Below, piece by piece: positions 1 to 7,369 of a DNA stretch of 32,000 bases (within the stretch, counting starts at the first letter, position 1; every line of letters begins with the position of its first letter). The DNA comes from a bacterium. GTDB taxonomy: Bacteria > UBP7 > UBA6624 > JBBIMK01. The DNA lies in contig JBBIMK010000009.1 in assembly GCA_037444445.1 (NCBI GenBank), forward strand, positions 1 to 32,000, written 5' to 3'. Both the position numbers and the translations under genes were made by a program. Below the pieces are notes generated by a model that ran no database searches, had not been told where the DNA came from, and saw nothing but the letters and a program-made list of their open reading frames with translations.

Positions 1-445
1 GTGGAGCACCTCCCTCAGGTGGTGGTCCGAAGCCAAAACCAGGCCCACCTGGCGGTGGTCCCATCGGCCTGGGCTCCTCAATGACTATCTTCTTCACCAG
101 TTTAAGCGTCTTTGCCTCATACTGGAAAAGAGTGTTGCCGAGGAGGATGTAGATAGAGTCACCGACGGCTACCATAGCAGATGGAGGAGTGGAGGGAGGA
201 AATGGCATCATCGGACGCATTTCCCCAAATCCTGGACGAGGTCCACCTGGCTGAGGACCAAAACCAGGTCCACCCGGCGGTGGTCCACCCGGTGGAGGTC
301 CAAATCCTGGACCACCGGGTTGTCCGGGAACGGGTGGTTGAGCCAGTGCCACCGGTGCTGTGGAGTTTCCAACGGTCAACCCTACCACCAACCCCACCAC
401 AAGAGCCACCAATGTTACTGCGAAAAGCCACTTCTTACCGACCAT
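1..445 (-). CDS. Secreted or membrane-anchored Gly/Pro-rich repeat protein, N-terminal part only (ORF is open to the left window edge; absent from the supplied ORF track)
   Basis: Hand translation of the minus strand from ATG 445..443 has no stop down to nt 1: MVGKKWLFAVTLVALVVGLVVGLTVGNSTAPVALAQPPVPGQPGGPGFGPPPGGPPPGGPGFGPQPGGPRPGFGEMRPMMPFPPSTPPSAMVAVGDSIYILLGNTLFQYEAKTLKLVKKIVIEEPRPMGPPPGGPGFGFGPPPEGGAP. SD GGAGGTGA (plus 452-459) lies 6 nt upstream. N-terminal hydrophobic signal/anchor. Track ORFs 159-431, 181-564 and 360-701 are off-frame shadows of it. Confidence 0.6.
   Translation of the reverse strand, partial: MVGKKWLFAVTLVALVVGLVVGLTVGNSTAPVALAQPPVPGQPGGPGFGPPPGGPPPGGPGFGPQPGGPRPGFGEMRPMMPFPPSTPPSAMVAVGDSIYILLGNTLFQYEAKTLKLVKKIVIEEPRPMGPPPGGPGFGFGPPPEGGAP
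33..286 (-). repeat. Two copies of a 29-nt intragenic direct repeat (33-61 and 258-286, 27/29 identical) encoding the PPPGGPGFG module
   Basis: ccaaaaccaggcccacctggcggtggtcc versus ccaaaaccaggtccacccggcggtggtcc, read directly from the sequence. Both lie in the same reading frame of the Gly/Pro-rich CDS. Confidence 0.75.
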
Positions 446-596
446 CTATACTCACCTCCGATCAATTAAACTCGCCAGAGAAGAAAAAGTTTCACCCATC
501 CGGATTCCCCTGTGGTCAACAAGCCCCTCCCCTACATCACACTACGAACCGTGTGTCATTCTGAGTCGAAGGCAATGCATCCGCCTCGCTTTTCAA

Positions 597-635
597 AATG
601 CCCCCTTTTGGGGTCAGGCACCAAACGGTGGCATT
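597..635 (-). terminator. Y-shaped stem structure followed by a U-run on the minus strand; candidate intrinsic terminator of dcd or leader element of the downstream gene
   Basis: Outer stem AATGC(597-601)/GCATT(631-635) encloses CCCC(602-605)-tttt-GGGG(610-613) and CACC(619-622)-aaac-GGTG(627-630). On the minus-strand RNA the 3' arm runs into UUUUG. It lies 47-85 nt downstream of the dcd stop. Confidence 0.3.
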
Positions 636-681
636 CTTAGGCGATTCATCGCCGCTTTTGGAAGTGAAAGCGGATGGGTGC

Positions 682-1236
682 CTACAATTTCGGTAGGGTG
701 ATGCCCATTTGTTTCTGGTATTTCCCCTGTTTATCTGCGTAAGAGATGAGACACACCTGGTCGGCTTCAAAGAAAATCACCTGGGCAATACCTTCGTTGG
801 CATAGATTTTGGCTGGCAGGGGTGTGGTGTTGGAAATCTCTAATGTGGCAAAGCCTTCCCACTCTGGCTCAAATGGGGTTACATTGACGATGATTCCGCA
901 CCGGGCGTAGGTGCTTTTCCCGAGGCAAATAGTGAGGATATTTCGGGGGATGCGAAAGTATTCCACGGTTTTAGCCAGGGCGAAGGAGTTGGGCGGAATT
1001 ACGCAATAGGCCCCCTTCATCTCCACGAAACTTTTCTCATCAAAGTTTTTTGGGTCCACAATGGTGGTGTAGATATTCGTGAAGACCTTAAATTCGTCCG
1101 CCACACGGATGTCATAGCCGTAGGAAGAAAGCCCGAAGGAAATCACGCTTCTGGAAATCTGGCTTTCCACGAATGGCTCTATCATTCGGTGTTTCAGAGC
1201 CATTTCCTTAATCCAGGAGTCGGATTTAATGCTCAC
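682..1236 (-). CDS. dcd: dCTP deaminase
   Basis: 184 aa. The N-terminus IKSDSWI...[12 protein letters not shown], the [10 protein letters not shown] loop and a length of about 180-190 aa are typical of the Dcd/Dut-fold family. GTG start lies 3 nt after the nrdJ stop, so the two are likely co-transcribed. Confidence 0.9.
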   Translation of the reverse strand: MSIKSDSWIKEMALKHRMIEPFVESQISRSVISFGLSSYGYDIRVADEFKVFTNIYTTIVDPKNFDEKSFVEMKGAYCVIPPNSFALAKTVEYFRIPRNILTICLGKSTYARCGIIVNVTPFEPEWEGFATLEISNTTPLPAKIYANEGIAQVIFFEADQVCLISYADKQGKYQKQMGITLPKL

Positions 1237-1239
1237 AGG

Positions 1240-3558
1240 TTATCCGCAGTTGGAATAGCCGCAGGAATAGCATTTGGCACAACCTTCACTCATCACGAGG
1301 ATTCCGCCGCAGTCGGGACACAGGTCCGGGTCTGCCTTTTTCCCTTTGGTTTCCCCCGAACGATTGGAAGATTTGATTTCAGGTTCTTCTAACTGGAAGA
1401 GGAGAGCGTTGCTATCACCATTCAGCCCCAGATACTTTTCAATGGCTTTGGCGATGGCATCCGGAATGGAGTGGGTGATGGAGCCATCCTCCTGGCGTTT
1501 GGACATAATACTGCGTATGCCTTTGAGTTGTTCAATGACATCATCGGGGCGGAGGCCGGAGCGGAAGGCGAGGGAAATGAGCCTGCCAACGGCTTCCGTC
1601 AGGGAAGCCAGGGCAGAACCGGTTTTCCCGATGTTAGCGAAGACTTCAAAGATGCCCTTCTCATCTTCATTGATGGTGATATAGAGGTGCCCTAATTCGG
1701 TGTCCATCTTAATGGTTTTTCCGGAGGTAATCTGGGGGCGGGGGCGGGGCTTCAATACCTTCTTCGTGCCCTCAAACTCCGTCTCTTTCGTCCCCACATT
1801 CAGAACCTGCTGAGGACGCGACCCATCCCGATATACGGTCACTCCCTTACAATGTAACCGGTAAGCCAGGTGATACGCTTTCCCAATGTCCTCCATCGTA
1901 GCGGAGTTGGGCAGGTTGATGGTCTTGGAAACGGACGAATCTACATACTTTTGCCCGGCTGCCTGAATCCTCACATGCTGTTCCGTGGGAATGTCAAAGG
2001 TGGTTTCAAAAATCGCCCGAATATAATCTGGAATCTCCTTCAATCCTTTGATGCTGGGGGCTTCACTGATTTTCCGGAATAAAGCCTCAGTGTAGAAACC
2101 CAATTCTTTGCTTGCCTGCAGGAAATAAGGATTGGCGTAATACAATTTCGTGCCTTCCATCACATGCTTCATCCACACGATGGAAAAATGGGGTTCAATC
2201 CCACTGGAAGCATCCGCAATCATAGAAATGGTGCCAGTGGGTGCGATGGTGTTCACGCAGGCATTCCTCATGGGCGTGCCCTTGAAAATACTATACTCTA
2301 TCCAGGGGAAAGACCCTTTCTGCTCCCCCAGCTTTCGGGAAGCCTCCCGGGCTTGCTCATACAACACTTTCATCAGTTCCTCACAGGCCTGAAGAGCATC
2401 CTCAGAGGAATAGGGAATGCCCATCAGATAAAGCAAATCGGCGAAACCCATAATCCCCAGGCCAATTTTACGAGTGTTCTTCGCCATGCGCTCAATCTCC
2501 TGTATCGGATACAGATTTGCGTCAATTACATTATCCAGGAAATGGGTGCAGAGGCGCACTATCTTCCCATACTCATTCCAGTCAAAGCGGTTACGGACTT
2601 CTTTCCACCGGGCGGGGCGTTTCTTCTCCAAATACCAGGGAGTTCCCGGGTAAAACTTCGCCACATGGATGGAGCCGAGATTGCACACTTCATACGGAAG
2701 GAGAGGCTGTTCTCCACACGGATTCGTGGCTTCAATCTGAAATTCTGGATGATGAACGGGTGTTGCCTCGTTCATTTTATCAATGAAAATCACTCCAGGC
2801 TCCCCGTTTTTCCATGCCTGATAGCATAGTTTATCAAAGACTTCTCGTGCCCTGAGCCTGCCAGTAGTTTGCCCGGTCCTCGGGTTAATCAGGTCATACT
2901 CCGTATCCTCTTCCACCGCCTCCATAAAGGCATCCGTGACCGCCACCGAGATATTGAAATTGGTGATTTCCCGAACATCATCCTTACAGGTGATGAATTC
3001 CAGGATGTCCGGATGGTCAACTCGGAGGATGCCCATATTGGCGCCTCTGCGTCTACCGCCCTGCTTGATGGCTTCCGTGGCGCCGTTAAAAACCTTCATA
3101 AACGAAACGGGGCCGGAGGCGACTCCGCCAGTGGTTTTCACCAGGTCGCCACGGGGACGCAGACGGGAGAAAGAGAATCCTGTTCCGCCACCCGTCTGGT
3201 GAACTTTCGCCGCATTCTTCACCGCCTCAAAGATTCCTTCAATAGAGTCTTCCACAGGAAGCACGAAGCAGGCAGATAACTGCCCGATTGGAGTCCCCGC
3301 ATTCATTAGCGTGGGCGAATTGGGCAGGAATTGAAAATTGGTCATCATCGTATAAAAACGGTGTGCCAGTTCCTCTATCTCTTCCCCGGTGGCGCCATAA
3401 TTTTTTTCCACATCCGCGATGGCTTTCGCCACCCGCCAGAATAACTCCTCCGGCGTTTCTACCACCTCTCCCCGGTCATCTTTTCTCAAATAGCGATTCC
3501 GAAGCACCGTCAGTGCATTTTCTGACACCTTTATCGGCTCTAATACCCCTTTTTCCAT
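1240..3558 (-). CDS. nrdJ: Class II (adenosylcobalamin-dependent) ribonucleoside-triphosphate/diphosphate reductase
   Basis: 772 aa. N-terminal VLRNRYL, SACFV, the active-site TNPCGEQPL motif and a C-terminal Cys-rich tail CPDCGG...CAKCYSCGYSNCG are typical of monomeric/dimeric NrdJ. SD AAGGAGGG lies 7 nt upstream of the ATG. Confidence 0.93.
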   Translation of the reverse strand: MEKGVLEPIKVSENALTVLRNRYLRKDDRGEVVETPEELFWRVAKAIADVEKNYGATGEEIEELAHRFYTMMTNFQFLPNSPTLMNAGTPIGQLSACFVLPVEDSIEGIFEAVKNAAKVHQTGGGTGFSFSRLRPRGDLVKTTGGVASGPVSFMKVFNGATEAIKQGGRRRGANMGILRVDHPDILEFITCKDDVREITNFNISVAVTDAFMEAVEEDTEYDLINPRTGQTTGRLRAREVFDKLCYQAWKNGEPGVIFIDKMNEATPVHHPEFQIEATNPCGEQPLLPYEVCNLGSIHVAKFYPGTPWYLEKKRPARWKEVRNRFDWNEYGKIVRLCTHFLDNVIDANLYPIQEIERMAKNTRKIGLGIMGFADLLYLMGIPYSSEDALQACEELMKVLYEQAREASRKLGEQKGSFPWIEYSIFKGTPMRNACVNTIAPTGTISMIADASSGIEPHFSIVWMKHVMEGTKLYYANPYFLQASKELGFYTEALFRKISEAPSIKGLKEIPDYIRAIFETTFDIPTEQHVRIQAAGQKYVDSSVSKTINLPNSATMEDIGKAYHLAYRLHCKGVTVYRDGSRPQQVLNVGTKETEFEGTKKVLKPRPRPQITSGKTIKMDTELGHLYITINEDEKGIFEVFANIGKTGSALASLTEAVGRLISLAFRSGLRPDDVIEQLKGIRSIMSKRQEDGSITHSIPDAIAKAIEKYLGLNGDSNALLFQLEEPEIKSSNRSGETKGKKADPDLCPDCGGILVMSEGCAKCYSCGYSNCG

Positions 3559-3640
3559 CCCTTTTCCCTCCTTCTCCCTGCGGTTCCCCGCAGGAGGTCA
3601 TTTCCCTCCACAGGGTGTTTTCCCTGTCTCGGTAAATCTT

Positions 3641-3669
3641 ACTATAATACACCCTTCAAGTTTTGTCAA
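3641..3669 (-). promoter_or_regulatory. Sigma-70-type promoter for nrdJ-dcd
   Basis: On the minus strand: TTGACA (plus 3664-3669), a 17-nt spacer, then TATAGT (plus 3641-3646). The predicted leader of about 75 nt contains three hairpins (see findings). Confidence 0.55.
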
Positions 3670-3836
3670 CTTTTATGAAAAAAGTTAGTAAATCCCTGCG
3701 ATTTCCCCCTTTTATCGCCCCTTATGTTACTCCTTCATTTCCTCACTCCCAAATATAGTATACCTGAATTCTCATGGAAGAGAAATGAGGAAACGATGCC
3801 TCAGGCGAAATGAGAGGAGCCACATCCGGGCAGGGA

Positions 3837-3845
3837 TGGTATAAT
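3837..3845 (+). promoter_or_regulatory. Extended -10 element TGGTATAAT just upstream of the hydrolase start (leaderless or near-leaderless mRNA)
   Basis: TGGTATAAT at 3837-3845. GTG 3850 and ATG 3853 lie 5-8 nt downstream, where a transcription start would be expected. Confidence 0.4.
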
Positions 3846-3849
3846 CAGG

Positions 3850-4803
3850 GTGATGCGGTACTGCCAGAGTGTGATACGGCGAGGAGGTTTCTTCATTATT
3901 ATTTGCTGTGCCTTCGTGCTGATTGAACGCTTCTCGTGGCCCGCCTCCCTTACAACATCGGATTCGGATAAGACTTCACCATTACCCGGTAGATATTTCC
4001 ACCAGTTGAAAGGGAAGCGGGTGGGAGTTCAGGTGCAAAGCATTGAGTCCACCAACGCTACGGACACTCAGGATTTTAGCCTGGAGAACGACGCCGGGAA
4101 GCAATTTCTCGGACGAATTCGCATCCCTGTAAAAAAAGGAAAGTATCCTGTGGCTTTCCTGGTGGCCGCTCTGGAAACGGGGCGAACTGTAGTAGACCTC
4201 ATCCCTCAGTACGATGACCTGATTGTAGTAAGCCTGGATTATCCTCTAAGCGTGGAACCCATCACCCTCGGAAATGCTCTTCAGGAGATTTCAGCACTTC
4301 GCCGGGGAGGGGCGGAGACCGTGGCAGGCATCTTGCTCACCCTGGACTGGCTGTTAACTCTGCCGGTTGTGGATGTGAAAGATGTCACCCTGATTGCGGT
4401 AAGTTTCGGCGTTTTTACAGCCATTCCAGCGGCAGCCGTGGACGCCCGGATTACGCGCCTCGTGATACTCCAGGGTGGCGGAGACTTGTCCAGAGTCATT
4501 TCCGCCAATGCCTCTCGTTTAGGCCTCCCTCTCCCGCCGAAAATAACTGCCTGGCTCGGAAGCCTGTTCCTCTCACCTTTCGAGCCCAGCTCTTATATCG
4601 CACAGGTTTCCCCCAGGCCTGTCATCATCGTGGCAAGCCAGGATGATGCCTATTTCCCCCGCTCCACAGTGGAATTCCTTTACCGCCGAGCAAAGGAGCC
4701 GAAAGAACTCATCTGGTTCTCTGGCGAGCATCTCGGGCTGGAAAAAGTGGCAATGCTCCAGGAATTTACTCTCTTCATCGTGAAGAAATTGTATGGGAAA
4801 TGA
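3850..4803 (+). CDS. Membrane-anchored alpha/beta hydrolase (dienelactone hydrolase / S9-like fold)
   Basis: 317 aa. N-terminal TM segment GGFFIIICCAFVLI. Nucleophile elbow IAVSFGV (a variant of GxSxG), acid ASQDDAYFP and His in SGEHLG occur in the expected Ser-Asp-His order and spacing. The start may be ATG 3853. Confidence 0.6.
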   Translation: MMRYCQSVIRRGGFFIIICCAFVLIERFSWPASLTTSDSDKTSPLPGRYFHQLKGKRVGVQVQSIESTNATDTQDFSLENDAGKQFLGRIRIPVKKGKYPVAFLVAALETGRTVVDLIPQYDDLIVVSLDYPLSVEPITLGNALQEISALRRGGAETVAGILLTLDWLLTLPVVDVKDVTLIAVSFGVFTAIPAAAVDARITRLVILQGGGDLSRVISANASRLGLPLPPKITAWLGSLFLSPFEPSSYIAQVSPRPVIIVASQDDAYFPRSTVEFLYRRAKEPKELIWFSGEHLGLEKVAMLQEFTLFIVKKLYGK

Positions 4804-5070
4804 GGGATAAACCCTCCCCCTGTCAGCACAAGATACCTTTCATTTCTCGCTCATTCTTCACAATACCTGATGGCCTGACACACCAGTGGTTTGAATCTAT
4901 TCCAGTGAAAAGATTTTTTCAAACTGTGTTGGTTCATATCCCAAAAACTCGCCCGTGGCTTTTCAGGGTCTAACCTCACAATGTCTTTTACTTTTCGTCC
5001 CTGTTTCAGGATGTGCATTTGCCTCGCTGATTTATGAATTCTTTCCTCCAGCGTATAATGGAAGCAGAGG

Positions 5071-6273
5071 ATGGCGAAAATGGGGAAGGAAGGACAGGTA
5101 GAGGTTGCAATCATTACTTACAATCCGGATTCAGCCATCCTTACCGCCCTTCTGAAGGCTTTGAAGGAGCAAACTTATCCAGTGAGGCAAACCCGGGTGG
5201 TGGATAATGGCTCCACGGAGCCGGAGAAGGTGAAAGGGATGGCAGGCGAGGTGGAGGTGATTCTCCTCGGGAGGAATGAAGGGTTTCCGTCAGCGGTGAA
5301 CCGCTCCGCTCACCTCTCCACCGCTCCTTATCTTCTCATCTTGAATGATGATGTAGTGCCCGAGAGAACCGCCGTGGAAGAGATGATAAAAGTGATGGAG
5401 AGTTATCCGGATTGCGCCGCCGTGGCGCCCAAAATCTATCTCACTCATTATCCTGGCTTCCTGGATAGCGTGGGAACCCTCGTGAATGAACATCTTTCGG
5501 CTTACAATCGGGGCATCGGTGAGCCGGACATCGGGCAGTATGACATCGTAGAAAAGACCTTCGGGGTGTGCTTCGCCGCCACTCTCTTGAACCGGAATCT
5601 CTTCTTGAAGATGGGCGGGCTGGAGGCTTCCTTCTTCTCGTATTACGAAGATGTAGACTGGTGCTTCCGTGCCAATGCAGCAGGATGGCATATCTATACC
5701 GCTCCCTCAGCCCGTTTTTTCCACCTCCACGCCCGGGCATGGAGAAAGGAAAATCCACATCGCCGGTATTTTTTAGTTCAGCGAAATCTCCTCCGAACCG
5801 CATTATGGAACCTTCGCCCACGGGCTTGCCTCCGAACCATCTGCCACAAATTCAGAGAACACTTCCGACGGTTCATTCAGACCCCAGAATACCGCTTTGT
5901 TACCCTCCAAATTTTTTCTTCCTTTCTCCCGGATGTTTTCACTTTCTACCCCCATCGCCTTCGCAGGCAAAAAAAAAGGAAACTCGCTGACCACGACATT
6001 TTCCGCTATTCCTACGGCTATGAACCGCATTTTGACCCGCTGAATTATCGCCCGCTTTATACCCTCGGTAACCTTCATCAAGCCTACAAACGCCTCTTTG
6101 AAATCACCCTGAAAGATGAAGTCGGCCTAAAGGCCGAAGCGCTGAAAGGATTACAGGAGCGAAGCAGAAGTTTACCTCTCCCCTTTCTTCAACAGAAGTT
6201 GAGAGAGATTTTGAAAGGAGAGCCCCCCATCATCCACCAATTCATAGATAACCTGGAGCCGGAAAATGAATGA
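5071..6273 (+). CDS. Family 2 glycosyltransferase (rhamnosyltransferase-like)
   Basis: 400 aa. VAIITYNPD...L, VVDNGSTE and the DxD-type LILNDDVVP motif are classic GT-A/GT2 signatures. TATAAT at 5054-5059 lies 11 nt upstream of the ATG. Confidence 0.8.
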   Translation: MAKMGKEGQVEVAIITYNPDSAILTALLKALKEQTYPVRQTRVVDNGSTEPEKVKGMAGEVEVILLGRNEGFPSAVNRSAHLSTAPYLLILNDDVVPERTAVEEMIKVMESYPDCAAVAPKIYLTHYPGFLDSVGTLVNEHLSAYNRGIGEPDIGQYDIVEKTFGVCFAATLLNRNLFLKMGGLEASFFSYYEDVDWCFRANAAGWHIYTAPSARFFHLHARAWRKENPHRRYFLVQRNLLRTALWNLRPRACLRTICHKFREHFRRFIQTPEYRFVTLQIFSSFLPDVFTFYPHRLRRQKKRKLADHDIFRYSYGYEPHFDPLNYRPLYTLGNLHQAYKRLFEITLKDEVGLKAEALKGLQERSRSLPLPFLQQKLREILKGEPPIIHQFIDNLEPENE

Positions 6274-7264
6274 ATCCGAAATCGCCAGCGAAACATATCT
6301 ACAGGCTATCCAGAAGGAATCCGCTTTCTGGGACCATTTCAACGAGGATGCCGTGGCTCACGGCATCCCTCACTGGCTGGATGTCCGGAAAGCCACTCCT
6401 TTAAGGCGAGGAATCTGGTCGCCATTTGATGACCCGAAATATGAAGAAATCCTTCGGGGTAGTATCAAGCGAACCTACCTGAAAATAGCACTGCAGAAGA
6501 AGGGAAAGGCACTGGACATTGGCTGCGGGCTGGGATGGCTGGCTCTGGAATTAGCCCGCCACGGCATAGATGTCCTGGCTCTGGACATCAGCCAGAAAAG
6601 CCTCCAAATTGCTAAAGCGTATTATGAGAAAGAAAAACCCCCGGGTAAAATTGAGTATCAATGGGCGGATTTGAACCGCATCTCCCTGCCTGAAAACGAG
6701 TTTGACCTTATTGTCGTCTGGGATGTCCTCCATCACATTACCAATCTAAAGGGCTTATTTTCCGAAATTTCCTCCACACTGAAGCCCGATGGAAGATTAT
6801 TGATTTTTGACCATAAAGGGATGGAAGAGAAGAATTTAAGATTCTACCGTTGGTTTCACTATTTCGTCCCCGCCGCCCCTGAAATGTATTTCAATAAAAT
6901 TCGCTTCTGGCTGGAAAAAGGGGGCTTTCTACACCCTCGGCCGAAACCTCACCCGCCTCCCAATGAACCTGTGATTGCCGATGCCCCTTTTGAACACCAT
7001 TCAGAGAAAGAAATCCTCCCCGTCCTGAAAGAACATTTCCAGGAAATTCAGGTGGAAACCCATCTCTGTTTTGCCATGCACCTGGCTCATTTCCACCGCC
7101 TGCCCAAGCTCGGCGAATACTTCTACTTACGCCTTCTCAGACGCCTGGACGACTGGCTCATCCGGAAAGGATTTCTCACAGGCGAATACTTCCTCGCCAT
7201 CTACCCGCCTCCGAGAAACCCACCCATGGGTTCTATCGGGCTGTCGCCCCGCCATCTCCAGTAG
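6266..7264 (+). CDS. Class I SAM-dependent methyltransferase
   Basis: 332 aa. Motif I is ALDIGCGLGWLALELA, followed by the acidic loop VLALDIS, then VVWDVLHH. It overlaps the GT2 stop by 8 nt, which suggests a GT2 + methyltransferase pair. Confidence 0.8.
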   Translation: MNESEIASETYLQAIQKESAFWDHFNEDAVAHGIPHWLDVRKATPLRRGIWSPFDDPKYEEILRGSIKRTYLKIALQKKGKALDIGCGLGWLALELARHGIDVLALDISQKSLQIAKAYYEKEKPPGKIEYQWADLNRISLPENEFDLIVVWDVLHHITNLKGLFSEISSTLKPDGRLLIFDHKGMEEKNLRFYRWFHYFVPAAPEMYFNKIRFWLEKGGFLHPRPKPHPPPNEPVIADAPFEHHSEKEILPVLKEHFQEIQVETHLCFAMHLAHFHRLPKLGEYFYLRLLRRLDDWLIRKGFLTGEYFLAIYPPPRNPPMGSIGLSPRHLQ

Positions 7265-7344
7265 ATGACAGGGAGCCGGAGCACTCAATATCAACAAGGA
7301 TTTGCACCGGGTGGATGCCTGACTGCATACTTTCCTATGAAAGA

Positions 7345-7353
7345 TGGTATAAT
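7345..7353 (+). promoter_or_regulatory. Extended -10 element TGGTATAAT upstream of hrcA
   Basis: TGGTATAAT at 7345-7353, 16 nt before ATG 7370. The same 11-mer GATGGTATAAT occurs at 3835-3845. Confidence 0.4.
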
Positions 7354-7369
7354 ATACGGTGGAAGACGG

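Noticed and set aside
538-555. tRNA-like T-arm (minus strand CACAC-GGTTCGTA-GTGTG)
   Set aside because: The loop is 8 nt rather than 7. No complementary acceptor stem or anticodon arm could be built from the flanking sequence.
558-575. Hammerhead-like string CTGAGTCGAAGG
   Set aside because: It does not match the CUGANGA...GAAA core arrangement, and there are no three flanking helices in the right order.
159-701. Track ORFs 159-431(-), 181-564(+), 360-701(+) and 537-770(-)
   Set aside because: Their translations are low-complexity and Trp/Arg/Thr-rich. They are alternative-frame or antisense shadows of the Gly/Pro-rich gene (1-445, minus) or lie in the structured spacer. The minus frame starting at 445 has a strong SD, a signal peptide and sensible repeats.
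1189-3635. Many plus-strand ORFs (60-221 aa) antisense to nrdJ, and similar antisense ORFs inside mtaB, pgpH, CNNM, porin, fbp, S8 and the A2M-like gene
   Set aside because: They are embedded in long ORFs that carry unmistakable family motifs on the other strand. Their products are Arg/Gly/Pro/Ser-rich with no motifs or RBS.
3640-3768. AT-rich segments (actataatacaccc at about 3641-3654 and cccaaatatagtatacc at about 3749-3765) as tandem NrdR boxes
   Set aside because: Neither aligns to the 16-bp acaCwAtATaTwGtgt palindrome, and they are about 110 nt apart rather than the usual about 31-32 nt. The first is better explained as the nrdJ -10 region.
4851-5114. 87-aa minus-strand ORF between the hydrolase and GT2 genes (basic: ...MHILKQGRKVKDIVRLDPEKPRASFWDMNQH...)
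   Set aside because: It overlaps the GT2 start and its promoter, has no RBS near either Met, and I could not match it to any toxin or transposase family. The 267-bp spacer may still hold something, so it is worth a quick blast.
7270-7312. Possible CIRCE operator upstream of hrcA (GGAGCACTCaatatcaacAAGGATTTG)
   Set aside because: Only the left half resembles TTAGCACTC. The sequence 9 nt downstream is not GAGTGCTAA, so there is no inverted repeat.
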